Of a stretch of 64,000 nucleotides of DNA, positions 1-13,730 are shown in pieces. Source of the DNA: Eledone cirrhosa (Eukaryota); assembly GCA_964016885.1 (NCBI GenBank), contig OZ024741.1, positions 305,722,001-305,786,000 of the forward strand, written 5' to 3'. A program made the translations under genes and the position numbers. A model generated the notes under the pieces. It searched no databases. It saw only the letters and a list, made by a program, of their open reading frames with translations, and had not been told where the DNA came from. How positions within the stretch are numbered: the first letter of the stretch is position 1; every line of letters begins with the position of its first letter.

Positions 1-204
1 AATACCTGACTTGCACACACGCACTCTTTCTCTTTTCCTGTCATGAGTGATAGTTCTCTGAGCAATGGATAGCTGCTTCTATCAGAGCCACTTTCACCAT
101 GTTTTTTTTCTCCCCTTCCACTAATCCAAACAATGCCTCTTTTTGCTTAAGTGTTAATGCCATAGTGGAATGCAAACATTGCATTCTTTATATGGTGGCA
201 CTTA

Positions 205-430
205 TGCTACAATGCATCCAGTCCCCTCTGTAAAATACAAGTGCTGGTCCCATGATAAAATTCACCCAGCCCACTCTGTAAAGTGGTCATACTAGAGCTA
301 TAATAAAATGCACCCAGCCCACCCTGTAAAATGGTAGGGCCAGTGTCATGATAAAATGCACCTAGTGCCCTTGGTAAAGTGGTAGTGCTGATGCCATGAT
401 AAAATACACCCAGTACACCTAGTACACAAG
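205..430. repeat. Degenerate ~54-bp tandem repeat related to the RTE/SINE 3' tail
   Basis: Repeated cacccag...ctgtaaagtggt units; the same family recurs at 7700-8030, 14850-15090, 48640-48860 and 51960-52130. Confidence 0.65.
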
Positions 431-823
431 ATGTGAACACCTAACCTGTCTAGTCTCAGAACATCAAAGTTTGTTTAACTCATGTCAGTGTGGAAAATCG
501 ACTTAAAATGGTGATGATGTTGATGATTTTATATATGATGAGTTTCATTATAGTTTCAGTCAACCAAATTCATTCACAAGGCATTGGCCAGCCTGGGTAT
601 TAGCAGAAAACATTTGCCCATGGTACCATACAGTGGGACTGAACACAAAACCGTGTAGTTACAAAAAGAACTTCTTAACCAAACAGCTATGCCTGTGTCT
701 ATGATGACAGTAAAAAATGTGTTTTACTGCACCAGTAGATGACAGGGTGAACTTTTAGCAGACCAATGAAATAAGTAAAAGCAGAAACCATGAAGAAAAA
801 AGTAGTAATAGCTGGTTAGTTAC

Positions 824-1012
824 ACAGAGTTTCCATGGTGTCTGTTGAGCGATCTTTGGGAGAAATCTTCTGAGGTGTATGGTGAAGAATTGATAGTTCT
901 CGATAAAGGTGCTTGCTTCCCTGTAGCAGATCCAACAAGTTAAGTTTGCAAATGCCATATACCTCACGTAATTTTGCTACTAGATCATTCTCCAGGATAT
1001 CTTTCTTTTGAC
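824..1012 (-). CDS. CFAP92: CFAP92-like exon (…EVYGICKLNLLDLLQGSKHLYRELSI…); gene probably continues left of the window
   Basis: cactcag acceptor; YGI..L.L.DLL.G...L motif. Donor assumed at T|gtaact (823); read-through would stop at TAA 816-818. Confidence 0.7.
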
Positions 1013-2774
1013 CTGAGTGTTTTATAAAGTAAAATCCATTCAATAAATACAAAACATTAAAAACATTTAATTTTTTCAGAATTAAAAGTTCTGCAGGAAA
1101 AATGTTATGCTGCGATGTCCATGTCTTTCTGAAAGGTGTTATCAGATATAAGTGGAGTAAACTGCTAGGGAACAGAGTCATCACATTCATTAGGCCAACT
1201 AGGCAGCCACCTAAAGCACAGAGCTCAGTGAGTAGGATCACTGAACATTAGAGGATGAAGATATGTTAAGTAGAGGAAAATGCAAGCTTAGTCATTTTCT
1301 TAATGTGTCCAGACCAAGAAGTGTTAAAAACTATGTTTGTCAGCATACTGTAAGTTGAAAATATTTTATTGGAGAAAATTGGGTGCATAACTGAGAGAAA
1401 GAACACATTATAGAGCTAGCCTAGAGTGCTAAATACATAGGTGCTAGGTCAGTGTACAGTCAACTTGGGAGTCACATTATGTATTTCCAGCATTAACAGG
1501 TAAACAAATGCTTATAACTGAAAATATCTTCAGTAAATTTATGTAGGAAAAAATATATGTTGAATAAGCTATGGTAATTATTGCTTACTTATTATTTATC
1601 AATGCAACAAAATATTTTCATATTCATTTGTATATATTTACCAGTAGAAAGAGAGAAAAAAGTGGGAGGAATGAAAAAAAAAATAGAAGTAGGGAGGAAG
1701 TAAACTTTACACTTTTAGCTGGATGGTATATCTCAGCTGTGTTCTACAGACACAATGGTGAAAGTATTGCTGCAGAGTACAGACAGCAAAACCCACTGCA
1801 TTGGCCTTTCCACATCATGGGGTTCCTTCTTCAGGTGAGATGTCCTGATTTTGTGGAGAACAGCAGAGATCGCGAACAGCAGAGATCTCAATGGCAACCA
1901 GCACAAAAGGTTATGGAATACATACCAAAATCAATATAAGGCTGATAGAAGCTGGATATGTCCACCTCTAACCTTAATATTTAACCATGTGAGTCAACAA
2001 AAACGCCTCTACATGATCACTCAACTTGCTAGAAATATCAGCCAAATTTCCTTCAAACCACATTGTATCATCTTAAAAAAGAGGATACATTAGTAGTTCT
2101 AGATAATCCTAAAAAGATGGATGGTCACAGCTGGAATGCCTTTAATCATATGCCTCTTGACCTTTGTTAAACAACACCAGCAAGAGCAGCAGCAACAACA
2201 ACAAAATATTTCACTGCTTGAATGTTCTCGTAATTTTAGTTGAGATGAAGTATAAAATATAAACAGAGTTCCACCTGATTCTTATGATAACTGTTCCAAT
2301 TTGATTAATCAATGAAGCAACTGGCTTGTGAAGTTAACGTGCATGTTGCTGAGTATTCCACAGACAAATGTATCCTTAACACAATTCTCAGAGAGATTCA
2401 GCATCACAGAGTGTGTAACAAAGCTAACGTTTTGACTTATACATACATTTTACGGACTTTTACATAGTCACTGTCAACCCACTTTCCCTCATAAAGCTTG
2501 GGTTGACTCAAGGCTACGGTAAAAAAAAAAAACTACCCAAAATTTCAATCCAAACAGTGGAAATGAACCTGGAACTCAGAACCCTAAGATAGTCAAGTGA
2601 ATGTCTTAAGTATTCAGCCATGCCTGCATTCATAAAGGGATTAAGCATACAGCATGCAAAAATGGAAGAATCTTTGGATCAATGTTGAGTATGTATAAAA
2701 ACTGAGATAATCTTTTACTATTGTCGTCATCGTTGTCTTTATCATCTTCTTGATCAGCAGCATTGTCATCATCG

Positions 2775-2990
2775 AAAGGCAAAGTTAACCTCGGTGGGAT
2801 TTGAACTCAGAACATAAAGGGACGTAACACAATGCTGCAAAGCAGGGTATAGAGTTACGTCCCTTTATGTTCTGAGTTCAAATCCCGCCGAGGTTAACTT
2901 TGCCTTTCATCCTTAGGGGGTCGATAAAATAAAGTACCAGTAATGCACTGGGATAATTGCTGGCCTTGTGCCAAAAGTAGACACAATTAT
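2775..2990. mobile_element. tRNA-derived SINE (+, 2852-2990) preceded by an inverted fragment of the same SINE
   Basis: gagttcaaatcc B-box, gaggttaactttgcctttcatcc core, tggccttgtgccaaaagtaga tail; 2775-2828 is the reverse complement of 2854-2908. Confidence 0.8.
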
Positions 2991-3334
2991 TTTACGCCTG
3001 TTTTTAATGCTGACATGGGTTGGATGGACTATTATGGTCCTAGTCAGAGAACCACATCCTGCTCATACATTTCATCTGTGTCTTTCTTAACACCAGCCAT
3101 TCTACAGAGTTTACAGTGAGCATTTTATCATAGAACCATTACTATCACTTTACAGAATGTACTTGGCACAGTTGATCAAGATTCAAGCACTAGTGGGGTT
3201 GTCATGTACTCAGTAAGTCTGTAAAGTTCTCTACACTACATACTGCCTCTATTCAATCACCAATCACTTTACAGTTTCTATAATTTATGGAACATATTAA
3301 AAAAGATAGCTTTTTTAGTAAATGAAAAGCTTAC

Positions 3335-3496
3335 CTTTCATGTAATTAATATTACCAAATTTATTATCGTTAATGTCTTCTCCAAAAATTAAATATGACT
3401 TTTCCCTGTAGACAGCAGTTCTATCCTGATCATGTATTTCAATTTGTAAACCAGGCCCTCGAAAAAATTCCTTTAACTCAGTTTGGTTTAAAATAC
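3335..3496 (-). CDS. CFAP92: CFAP92-like exon (ILNQTELKEFFRGPGLQIEIHDQDR...FGEDINDNKFG)
   Basis: tctcacag acceptor, G|gtaagc donor; L.E...GP.L..E.HD.DR motif. Confidence 0.82.
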
Positions 3497-4561
3497 CTGT
3501 GAGAAGTTGGATATTATAAATACTGTAACCTTCATTAGCAAAATTATGCAAATATTTATATTATCCTCATCATCATTTAACATCCATTTTTCCATGATAT
3601 ATATATATATATAATCAGTTACAACAGTGGTATATGCTGATATCTAAGTTTTGTTGGGTTGATCATACAGGAGAGTTCTAGTTAAACTTTATATATGTAA
3701 GAGATAATTCTAACAAGAAAAAAAAAACTGCTGGATTTTTTCAATCAATGTCCTCATGATGGTCTAGGCCAGACTAAAGTTTTTTTATTTACTCTTGTTA
3801 TCTCTCTATACACAAGTTACCCCATTTTACAGAGGATACTGGGTGTGTTTATTGTGTAGACTACCAGCACTAGAGAGTGTGTCATACTCTTGATACAACT
3901 GAAGATGCTTCTGAACCCTTTTTGGCTTTTGTAGCTGGAAGCCCTTTTCTGTCACCAATCACCTTACAGGGTGTAGTGGGTGTATTTTTCATAGCACCAG
4001 CACCAGAGAGGTTGCTGATCATAGATTGACTGAAGGGCCTTCTGTACTTTATGGTGAGATTAGAGTGGGAGTAGGATGGGGGAAGAAAGAAGGATGATAG
4101 GTACCCTATCTTCTACCCCATCAGCAGCCTATTACATAATTGGGAATACACTGTGGTTCCAGATCTGATATAGAACATATCAAAGGTAACGGATATATGG
4201 AGAGGGTATTGATCCCCATACATCCTGGTCTCTCCATACCATACATTTACACCAGCAGCATAGACCAGAAGAGACTATGAGTAACTCAACAAAATGGAAC
4301 ATATTAACCCTTTCGATAAAATCTGCATGAAACTGCCCCTGGTTCTATGTTACAAAACTGTTTTAAAGTGTTTATATAAAAATATAAACATTCCCTTAAA
4401 ATTTTATGTAATCCTTTTTTATGTTACATTTTAAATACCAGATAAATAATGAGAAAGTGAGTTATATTAATAAATCTCTCCAAATACTTAATCATTTTCA
4501 AACCCTAGGAAGTGTCTTTTATTAGAAACATGACAGCAAAAGGTTAATCTATTGATCTCAC

Positions 4562-4674
4562 CTGTCAATATTACCTTAACATCGTTAAAATATATGTTCC
4601 TTTGATGTGGTTTGCCACAGGTTTTGTATGGTTGACTATTCAGGAATTCATATTTCGCATACACTGGTTGACAC
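4562..4674 (-). CDS. CFAP92: CFAP92-like exon (CQPVYAKYEFLNSQPYKTCGKPHQRNIYFNDVKVILTG)
   Basis: ttattcag acceptor, G|gtgaga donor; C.PVY.KY.F......T...PH...IYF.D..VI..G motif. Confidence 0.82.
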
Positions 4675-5651
4675 CTGAATAAATGAGATAGAACCTGAGC
4701 TGGATTAGCCATTAAACAAAATAAACACATGCTTAAGGCATCAAGAGAAGAGGGACATTTTATTTAAATTACATGCATTTGTCATTGAAAAGAAATTCTC
4801 TTTTTGCACACTTTATACATGAACACCATAATCCTTTATAGATGCACAATATCCCTGCATGTTGTAAGAAACAACTAAAAGGTTGGCTTCATGAAGGGTT
4901 TCTGTCTGTAAAACATTGCCTCTCAATATCTCATGCCTGCATGGAAAAATGGATGTAAAAAAAATGATGAGAATGATGATGATGAACAGAAGTAATTTCC
5001 TGATGTTTTTATTCTGTTTTTCAGAGAACTAAAATGAGCTTTATGTCATGGTTTTCCAAATCTCTGAGAATTTTCTTCATACAATGTGGTAGAACAAAAA
5101 TAAGACTTCTAAGACTGTGTTTTTACACAGTTTTCAGTGTTTTTCACTCACTTATTAACAATAATTTAGTCAAAATTATATATGCAGACACAGGCAAAGC
5201 TATGAAGATAGAAATGGTGCAGAAACTTGTATGTGTGTCATCATCATCATCATCGTTTAACATCTATCTTCCACGCTAGCATGGGTGTGTATGTACATAT
5301 GTATGTGTGTGTGTGTGTATGTACATGTACCTATGTCTATGTCTATGTCTCACAACTTAGCAGTGCGACAAACAGAAATCGATAAAATGAGTACTGGAAA
5401 ACTGGGATTAATATGATTGAATATAATTCTTTGAAGATGGTGTCCCAGCATGAAAAAGAATTGAAATGAAATTTACACCCATGCAGGTTTACCTGGCCTC
5501 CTATAAGGATGCATCTCATAGGAGGTTTCTCAGGTCTTATAATGGAAGGGTTCCATTCTAGCCATGACCCCAGAAAGGCAGCAGTCTAATGACTGAAAGC
5601 AGAAAAAGAATAAAAGAATGAAAGACTAGTAAATATAAAGGTTTATCATAC

Positions 5652-5853
5652 TTCTCCTTTAGTTGTTCATAGGTGAGCCCTTCTGATGAATCTTTTCCTG
5701 GCATATCATTTACTGAATGAATAGATATGGTCATAGGGTTAAGGGACTTTCTCTGATCAGGGCTCAGTAAATATTTGGATAATTCAATGCTAACCACCAT
5801 ATCGATCAATCCCAAGGGTGGCTCTGTCAAATGTTTTATGATGAACAAAGTAT
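5652..5853 (-). CDS. CFAP92: CFAP92-like exon (...LLSPDQRKSLNPMTISIHSVNDMP...YEQLKEK)
   Basis: ttcttcag acceptor, AA|gtatga donor; LNP.TI.I.S...MP motif typical of the CFAP92 middle region. Confidence 0.8.
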
Positions 5854-6029
5854 CTGAAGAATTCAAATAAACAACAAAAATTAAAATATCATCATCATCA
5901 CCATCATCATCGTCATCTTCATTACCATTGTTTCTACATCCACGGAAATATTAGAATGAAGTATGGTGACATGTGGAGTATGGTGTAGTCACAATTGTCA
6001 ATTAGCTTCATGAAATTCACACCTGCTAT

Positions 6030-7275
6030 TTAATAATATAAAATAATAATTAAATTATTGTGTACAGTGCTCAGGTGCACTACAAACCATCAAAGGTGCA
6101 TGTAAAGTACATAGAATAATGTTCAAATGTCAGGAAAATTAACAGTGTATGAGTCATAAAATACATGTGTGCATGTGTATGGAGGGGGGATATCAGGTAT
6201 AGTGTTGGTGAATTTCAGGAAGCATGGAGGTTTTAAAAGATGCAGTGTCCCAGCAGCTAACAACTGATGCAGGTAGTTTGTTCCATGCTTCAGCAACTCA
6301 AATGTTTCCAAAAGTCATGGGAGCTGTGCTGTTTTCTGACTTTGTAGGCATGTGTTAGAAACATGGGAAATCAAAAAGGTGCTCAGGGTTGTTGTTGGCA
6401 AGATGGTTAATAATTTTGTGGGTGTTTACCAGACGTCGGAGCTTCAATGTATCCATGCCCAGGGAAGTAAGGCATTCAGAGTATGGTAGATGTCTGATGG
6501 AAGGTATTCGCTTGGTTGCACATCTCTGAACAATTTCCAGGAGGTCAATGTTCTGAGCAAGGTAGGGGTTCCAGACTGGTGATGCAAATTCTAAGTGTGG
6601 CTGCACCATAGCTATATACAGCTTTAAATAGATATCTGGAGAGTGACTGACAAAGGTCTTGCTGAGTGATGCTAAGACACCCTCGGCCTTCTTGACAATT
6701 TTAGAGATGTGCTTCGTCTAACACAAATCGCTGCTGTTAGTAATGCCCAGGTCACATTCACAAGAAGACTTCTTGATATTAGTGTTGTGGAGGGAGTATG
6801 TGAACGCTGGGTTTTTACTCCCAAAATGCATGGTGGTATACTTGTCCACAGCCAACTTGAGTTGTCAGTCCGTGATCCATTGCTGCATTGTGTCCAGGTC
6901 TGATTGCAGGAAAGATCTATAGTGTTCAGGATCTGTCCTTTTTATCTCAAGGTACAGCTTGATGTCATCTGCATATTTCAGCACTGTGGCATTCTTTAAG
7001 TTGGCATCTATGTCATTAATATATGCCACAAACAAAAGGGGACCAAGAACAGATCCCTAAGGTACACCAGATGACATCTCATACGATGAGGAATGCTGTC
7101 CTAGGAGTGTGACAGAGAATGAAGGACTTCAACCAGTTAAAAATATCAACCTTCACATCCATTGCAGAAAGTTTTGCCATAAGTCTTTTGTGTGGTACAG
7201 AATTGAAAGCTTTAGCAAAGTCAAGGTAAACAACATCCACCCATGAGCCGCCATCAGTGATCCGGGTGATGAGTA
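6030..7275 (-). mobile_element. 5'-truncated, decayed CR1-type LINE (RT C-terminal half)
   Basis: Minus-strand motifs VDVVYLDFAKAF, GSVLGPLLFVAYINDI, KYADDIKLY, PHLEFASPVWNPY...LEIVQR.ATK.I...Y...L..L....L..RR; AAT-rich tail. Confidence 0.85.
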
Positions 7276-7699
7276 GTTTTAGTTTAGAAATAAATATATC
7301 CTTTTTGATACATAAATTACTGATATTTCATTTGGTGGATTCTCTCATAGCTTTGATATCTTAGGTATGACATATGAAATATAAGGTAAAACTGTAAACT
7401 ATAGTTTTGTTTTTTATTTTACTTTACTCTTCACTATTGTATTCTAACTTGCATTGTAACAACTTTACCCAAACAATTTTATGACTTTCTTCTTTAGACC
7501 AATGATTTATAGGAAGATATTTCATATGTATAAATAAAAATGGTGGATATATCATAATCATTATTTTACATCTGCTTTCCATTTTGTCAAGGGTTTGGAC
7601 AGATTATTACAGTTTGAGTCTAAACTCATTGGAGAATCACATCTTGACTCTTACATCTCATATTTGACATGTTTTCTATGACTAAATGCCCTTCATTAT

Positions 7700-8030
7700 G
7701 CCAACCACTTTACAGAGTGTACTGGGTGAATTTTATCATGACACCAACACAGACACCTAACATAGTGTGCTGGGTGTACATTACCATGGCACCAACACTA
7801 TCATTTTATATAGTGGATTTTATTGTGGCACTAGCACTACCACTTCACAGTGTATACAGAGTGCATTATATTATGGCACCAGCAGTACCATTTTACAGAG
7901 TATACTTGGTGTATTTTATCATGGGACTAATCCTACCACTTTATAGAGTGTACAGGGTGTGTTTTATTGTGACACCAATGTTGTCACTTCACAGAGTGTA
8001 TTGGCTGCATTTTATCATGGCACCAATATT
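7700..8030. repeat. Degenerate ~54-bp tandem repeat (RTE/SINE tail derived, reverse orientation)
   Basis: Repeated accactttacagagtgtactgggtg...ttttatcatggcacc units. Confidence 0.65.
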
Positions 8031-8355
8031 TGAGTGGTTGTCAAATCCATGACAAGACATAATGGTCACCTCTACCCTACATTTAAATGTGATTGTCAGT
8101 CAAATAGGAAACAAGACTGACCCATCAAAGACCTGGTTGAGGTCAGTTGAGGATGACTGAACAGACATGGGTCTAACCTGGCCTGGAAAGAAGCCCATAA
8201 CAAGGCTTGCAACAGTGCTGAATGGGGATCTCTCATTGCTCAATGCTCCATTGGGAGAAAAAGGAACTAAAGATGAAGAAGAAAAGTCAGTACAGTTATA
8301 TTTATTTTAGCTACACATAGCTAGAGGAGGCAGAGGACTGTAGGCTGTCACAAAC

Positions 8356-8421
8356 CTGGGTAAAAATGATCCATCAGGAATGTAATCTTGGCTAGGTATT
8401 TTTCTTTTCTATTTAATGAAT
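8356..8421 (-). CDS. CFAP92: CFAP92-like exon (DSLNRKEKYLAKITFLMDHFYP)
   Basis: ttcttacag acceptor, G|gtttgt donor, phase 1/1. Confidence 0.65.
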
Positions 8422-9409
8422 CTGTAAGAAATGTGGAGGAATATATGTAGATTAAATAGGAATAACTGTAGTTAATAAACCAAATAGTTTTGGTGGTAGT
8501 AGTGATGATGACAATAATGATGGTGGTAATGATGGTGGTGAAAATGATGATGATAATGATGGTGATGGTGCAGGGTATCACACATGCATGCCAGTCTCCT
8601 TTCTACATGTCATAGATGTTACCCGAGGAAAAAGCAAAAGACAATACAGCTTGGCACAAGGTTATCATAATTCATTTTCCTAGCTGAGAGGACCTGAACC
8701 ACATAAAATAAAGGGTCAATCTCAAGGACGCAATGTGCCATCCAGTCCATGAATCTTACAAGTTGCAATACACCACTAGCTATAGTTACTGGTCATGGAG
8801 GAAGGAAAGACAAAATAAACTCAAGAAGGATTCAGAGCTGGACTAGAGTTACATTAAGGCCAACTAAACACATGCTTAGGATGCAGACATCAGAGAGGTA
8901 TAATTACTGAGCCTTAAATAATTACAGTTTTATATAGAAATTTGTATAATTAAATTACATATATATCATTTTCTTGCAATCAATAAATAAATCAATAAGC
9001 ATCTTTGTTGTGTGACAGTATTGTGGGAACATCCAAAGTGGGGGAGAGAGTCATATGATACTATGACCTGTGACATGATTTAACATATGTAAATGTGGAC
9101 TGTGTAGTGGAAAATGCTGGCTTAATAACTCTTTTAATGTGGTCAAAGCAAGACGTATCAAAAACTAGGTTTGTCAGTTTACTAAACTGTAAGTTGAACT
9201 TTTATATTTGGGAGAATGGGTTGCATAAGTGGGAGAAAGGAGTACACACTTTAGAATTAGCCAGTTAAATACCCAGCAGTTAGTTCTGATTTAAAACGTC
9301 AATATAAATGATTGTAAGTAATGAGCGCAAGTCATTTAATCAGGCAATAACACAAAGGGAAGTATCCTATTCAAATAAGAGTTAATTAACAGCCACTCTC
9401 CCCTCAGAC

Positions 9410-11975
9410 CCTCTTGAGCCTCTAGTCCACTGATATACTCTCTTCTATCTACTTCTTCTAGGCTCTATTCCACTAATATGCTCTCTCTCTTTTCTCTACT
9501 TCTTCTAACCTCTAGTCCACTGATATGCTCTCTCTCTTTTCTCTACTTCTTCTAACCTCTAGTCCACTGATAAGCTCTCTCTTCTATCTACTTCTTCAAA
9601 GGCTCTAGTCCACTAATATGCTCTCTCTTCTCTCTGCTTCTTCTAACCTCTAGTCCACTGATAAGCTCGCTCTTCTATCTACTTCTTCTAGGCTCTAGTC
9701 CACTAATATGCTCTCTCTTCTCTCTGCTTTTTCTGACCTCTAGTCCACTGATAAGCTCTCTCCTCTCTCTTATTCTTCTAACCTCTAGTCCACTGATAAG
9801 CTCTCTCTTCTATCTACTTCTTCTAGGCTCTAGTCCACTGATAAGCTCTCTCTTCTCTCTTATTCTTCTAACCTCTAGTCCACTGATAAGCTCTCTCTTC
9901 TCTCTGCTTCTTCTAACCTCTAGTCCACTGATATGCTCTCTCTTCTCTCTGCTTCTTCTAACCTCTAGTCCACTGATATGCTCTCTCTTTTCTCTGCTTC
10001 TTCTAACCTCTAGTCCACTGATAAACACTCTCTTCTATCTACTTCTTCTAGGCTCTAGTCCACTGATAAACACTCTCCTCTATCTACTTCTTCTAACCTC
10101 TAGTCCACTGATAAGCTCTCTCTTCTCTCTGCTTCTTCTAGGCTCTAGTCCACTGATATGCTCTCTCTTTTCTCTACTTCTTCTAACCTCTAGTCCACTG
10201 ATATGCTCTCTCTTCTCTCTGCTTCTTCTAACCTCTAGTCCACTGATAAGCTCTCTCTTCTCTCTGCTTCTTCTAGGCTCTAGTCCACTGATAAGCTCTC
10301 ACTTCTCTTTACTTCTTCTAGGCTCTAGTCCACTGATATGCTCTCTCTTTTCTCTGTTTCTTCTAAATTCTAGTCCACTGATATGCTCTCTCTTCTCTCT
10401 GCTTCTTCTAACCTCTAGTCCACTGATAAGCTCTCTCTTCTATCTACTTCTTCTAGGCTCTAGTCCACTGATAAGCTCTCTCCTCTCTCTTATTCTTCTA
10501 ACCTCTAATCCACAGATAAGCTCTCTCTTCTATCTACTTCTTCTAGGTTCTAGTCCACTGATAAGCTCTCCCTTCTCTCTTATTATTCTAACCTCTAGTC
10601 CACTGATAAGCTCTCTCTTCTATCTACTTCTTCTAACCTCTAGTCCACTAATATGCTCTCTCTTCTCTCTGCTTCTTCTAACCTCTAGTCCACTGATAAA
10701 CACTCTCCTCTATCTACTTCTTCTAGGCTCTAGTCCACTGATAAGCTCTCTCTTCTCTCTTATTCTTCTAGGCTCTAGTCCACTGATAAGCTCTCTCCTC
10801 TCTCTTATTTTTCTAACCTCTAGTCCACTGATAAGCTCTCTCTTCTCTCTGCTTCTTCTAGGCTCTAGTCCACTGATAAGCTCTCTCCTCTCTCTTATTT
10901 TTCTAACCTCTAGTCCACTGATAAGCTCTCTCTTCTTTCTGCTTCTTCTAGGCTCTAGTCCACTGATATGCTCTCTCTTCTCTCTGCTTCTTCTAACCTC
11001 TAGTCCACTGATATGCTCTTTCTTTTCTCTGCTTCTTCTAACCTCTAGTCCACTGATAAGCTTTCTCCTCTATCTACTTCTTCTAACTTCTAGTCCACTG
11101 ATAAACACTCTCCTCTATCTACTTCTTCTAGGCTCTAGTCCACTGATATGCTCTCTCTTCTCTCTGCTTCTTCTAGGCTCTAGTCCACTGATATGCTCTC
11201 TCTTTTCTCTACTTCTTCTAACCTCTAGTCCACTGATATGCTTTCTCCTCTATCTACTTCTTCTAACTTCTAGTCCACTGATAAACACTCTCCTCTATCT
11301 ACTTCTTCTAGGCTCTAGTCCACTGATATGCTCTCTCTTCTCTCTGCTTCTTCTAGGCTCTAGTCCACTGATATGCTCTCTATTTTCTCTACTTCTTCTA
11401 ACCTCTAGTCCACTGATATGCTTTCTCCTCTATCTACTTCTTCTAACTTCTAGTCCACTGATAAACACTCTCCTCTATCTACTTCTTCTAACCTCTAGTC
11501 CACTGATATGCTCTCTCCTCTATCTACTTCTTCTAACCTCTAGTCCACTGATATGCTCTCTCTTCTCTCTGCTTCTTCTAACCTCTAGTCCAGTGATATG
11601 CTCTCTCTTTTCTCTATTTCTTCTAACCTCTAGTCCACTGATAAGCTCTCTCTTCTCTCTGCTTCTTCTAGGCTCTAGTCCACTGATAAGCTCTCTCCTC
11701 TATCTACTTCTTCTAACCTCTAGTCCACTGATAAGCTCTCTCTTCTCTTTACTTCTTCTAGGCTCTAGTCCACTGATATGCTCTCTCTTTTCTCTGCTTC
11801 TTCTAACTTCTAGTCCACTGATATGCTCTCTCTCTTCTCTCTGCTTCTTCTAACCTCTAGTCCACTGATAAGCTCTCTCTTCTTTCTGCTTCTTCTAACC
11901 TCTAGTCCACTGATAAGCTCTCTCTTCTCTTTGCTTCTTCTAGGCTCTAGTCCACTGATATGCTCTCTGCTTCTT
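9410..11975. repeat. 45-bp pyrimidine-rich minisatellite, ~57 copies
   Basis: Unit ctctagtccactgata(a/t)gctctctcttctctctgcttcttcta(ac/gg) with several interspersed variant positions. Confidence 0.95.
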
Positions 11976-12681
11976 CTACTGCTACTAGAACGGTTTCTGC
12001 TCCTTAAACTTTTCTGGTCTCAAACCACCTTCACTCAGGCACTGCTGACTCACTCTTGTCTCTTTCTCTCAATTCCTATCTCAAACTAACTGATACACCC
12101 AGGCCTTCCTGCCTAGGATCTCTCTCTTGGCCAGTTGGAACTCATATCTTTCCAAATGGAATGGACTTGTAACAGTTTTTAAGTGGAACGCCAATGGCAT
12201 CAATTTTTCTGGTTGTGAAGGGCCATCTTCAAGACTTCTATCTATCCATGGCCTTGAACTGCTTGGAAATGCTGAGCATACCATGAGCATTTAAATCTGG
12301 TGGAGTCTATCTCTTCCCAAGTCTGAACTGAGATGATTTCTTTCAAATAAAGGGAGAGAAATAGCGAAAAAAAAGTGAGAAGACAGATAGAGGAAGAATC
12401 AACCCTAGTACTGGTACTTTATTTATTGACTTCAAAATGATGAAAGACAAAGTTGAGTGCAGAGAGCTAGAATGGATACATAATTCTAATAAGTCTGCTA
12501 ACTCACCTCTAGATCTACCAAGTAAAATAAAAAACATAAACCCTGTCAATTCTGCAGACCTACCTAGGACCAATTAACACCAACCAATACAAATCAAAGC
12601 AATCACAGACACCCCTGCTATTTCTATGCAGTGGTTGAATTACAAGAAATCAAGTAATCAATATACAAAGCAAAAATCAAC

Positions 12682-12749
12682 CTCTTTTTTTAGGTCTTGG
12701 TTTCTTCTCTGTGGTTATATATTTGTTTATGGTGTCAGATGCATGATAG
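12682..12749 (-). CDS. CFAP92: CFAP92-like exon (YHASDTINKYITTEKKPRPKKR)
   Basis: cctttcag acceptor, G|gttgat donor, phase 2 in and 1 out fits the chain. Confidence 0.55.
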
Positions 12750-13269
12750 CTGAAAGGTATTAAAACAAATTGTGACAAACATTTAATCTTATACTCACAG
12801 AACAAAACAATGATGTTAAAAATTATTATTGCATAGTTGCATAGCTGTGTGATCATACTAGGGCATAGCCTTAAAGGGACTTGGTCAATTATATCAATCC
12901 TAATACATATGTTTTCCATGTATAATACTTATTTTATTGTAACCACTAGGTTTTTATTTATTTATTTTAAAATGAAACTTATTTTAACAATTAATCAGTT
13001 TTGATACCCACAAGTAGCCCTGTTATTTGATTTATATTGCTAAGGACTCAAGAGAAGGTATTTATGACACAAAACCACATTCCTAAATCTTATATGAATC
13101 TGAAGCTTATGTGTTTATAAAAAATAAAACAAACAAATCAATTATATAGTCCCTATTATTCAGTTTTATCACCACCAATGACTGTGTTTTGAGATTTCCT
13201 GTACCCCATTGACTACAATGGCACAGGTTAATCTACTACTGAGTGTTTCTTCAACAGAATAGGAAGACA

Positions 13270-13625
13270 CAATGAGGGTACATGTCTTAGTAGTTAAGGT
13301 GCTAGGTTTATGATCGTATGGTCATGAGCTCAATTCTCAGATTATATGGCACATTGTATCCTTGAGCAAGACATTTTATTTCACAATGCTCCAGTTCACT
13401 CAGCTGACAAAAGGAGTTGTGAGGACACTGATTCCAAGCTGTATCAGCTTTTGCCTTTCCTTTGGACAACATCAATAGTGTAGAGAAGGGAGACTGGCAT
13501 TCAGGGGTGACTGCTGGTCTTCCACAAAACACTCTGCTCAGTTTTGTGCTTTGGAGAGGTAAACCGATGGTCAGTTAATCATGTGTACAAAACCCATGGT
13601 CAGTCATGACTGAATGAGACCCTTT
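13270..13625 (+). mobile_element. Older tRNA-derived SINE (second family)
   Basis: A-box/B-box-like head followed by ccttgagcaagaca core; similar copies at 40150-40430, 40497-40590 and 60752-61090. Confidence 0.6.
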
Positions 13626-13730
13626 TCTTTTTTTCAGGACAGCACCATTGGAATTGAATGACTACCTATTACATTTATTTTAGAATCAAACATCTAACTC
13701 TATTTCTATGGTACATTATTACATAGTAAT

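Noticed and set aside
1571-2093. Plus-strand 122-aa and 80-aa ORFs
   Set aside because: No recognisable motif or splice support; antisense within a host intron, probably old repeat debris.
9810-12089. ORFs in the 45-bp array (RS/RE-rich on minus, Leu/Ser-rich on plus) as a large host exon or protein
   Set aside because: The minus frame is broken by TAG in many units and the exon chain is phase-consistent without it; the plus frame is open only because the 45-nt unit lacks stops.
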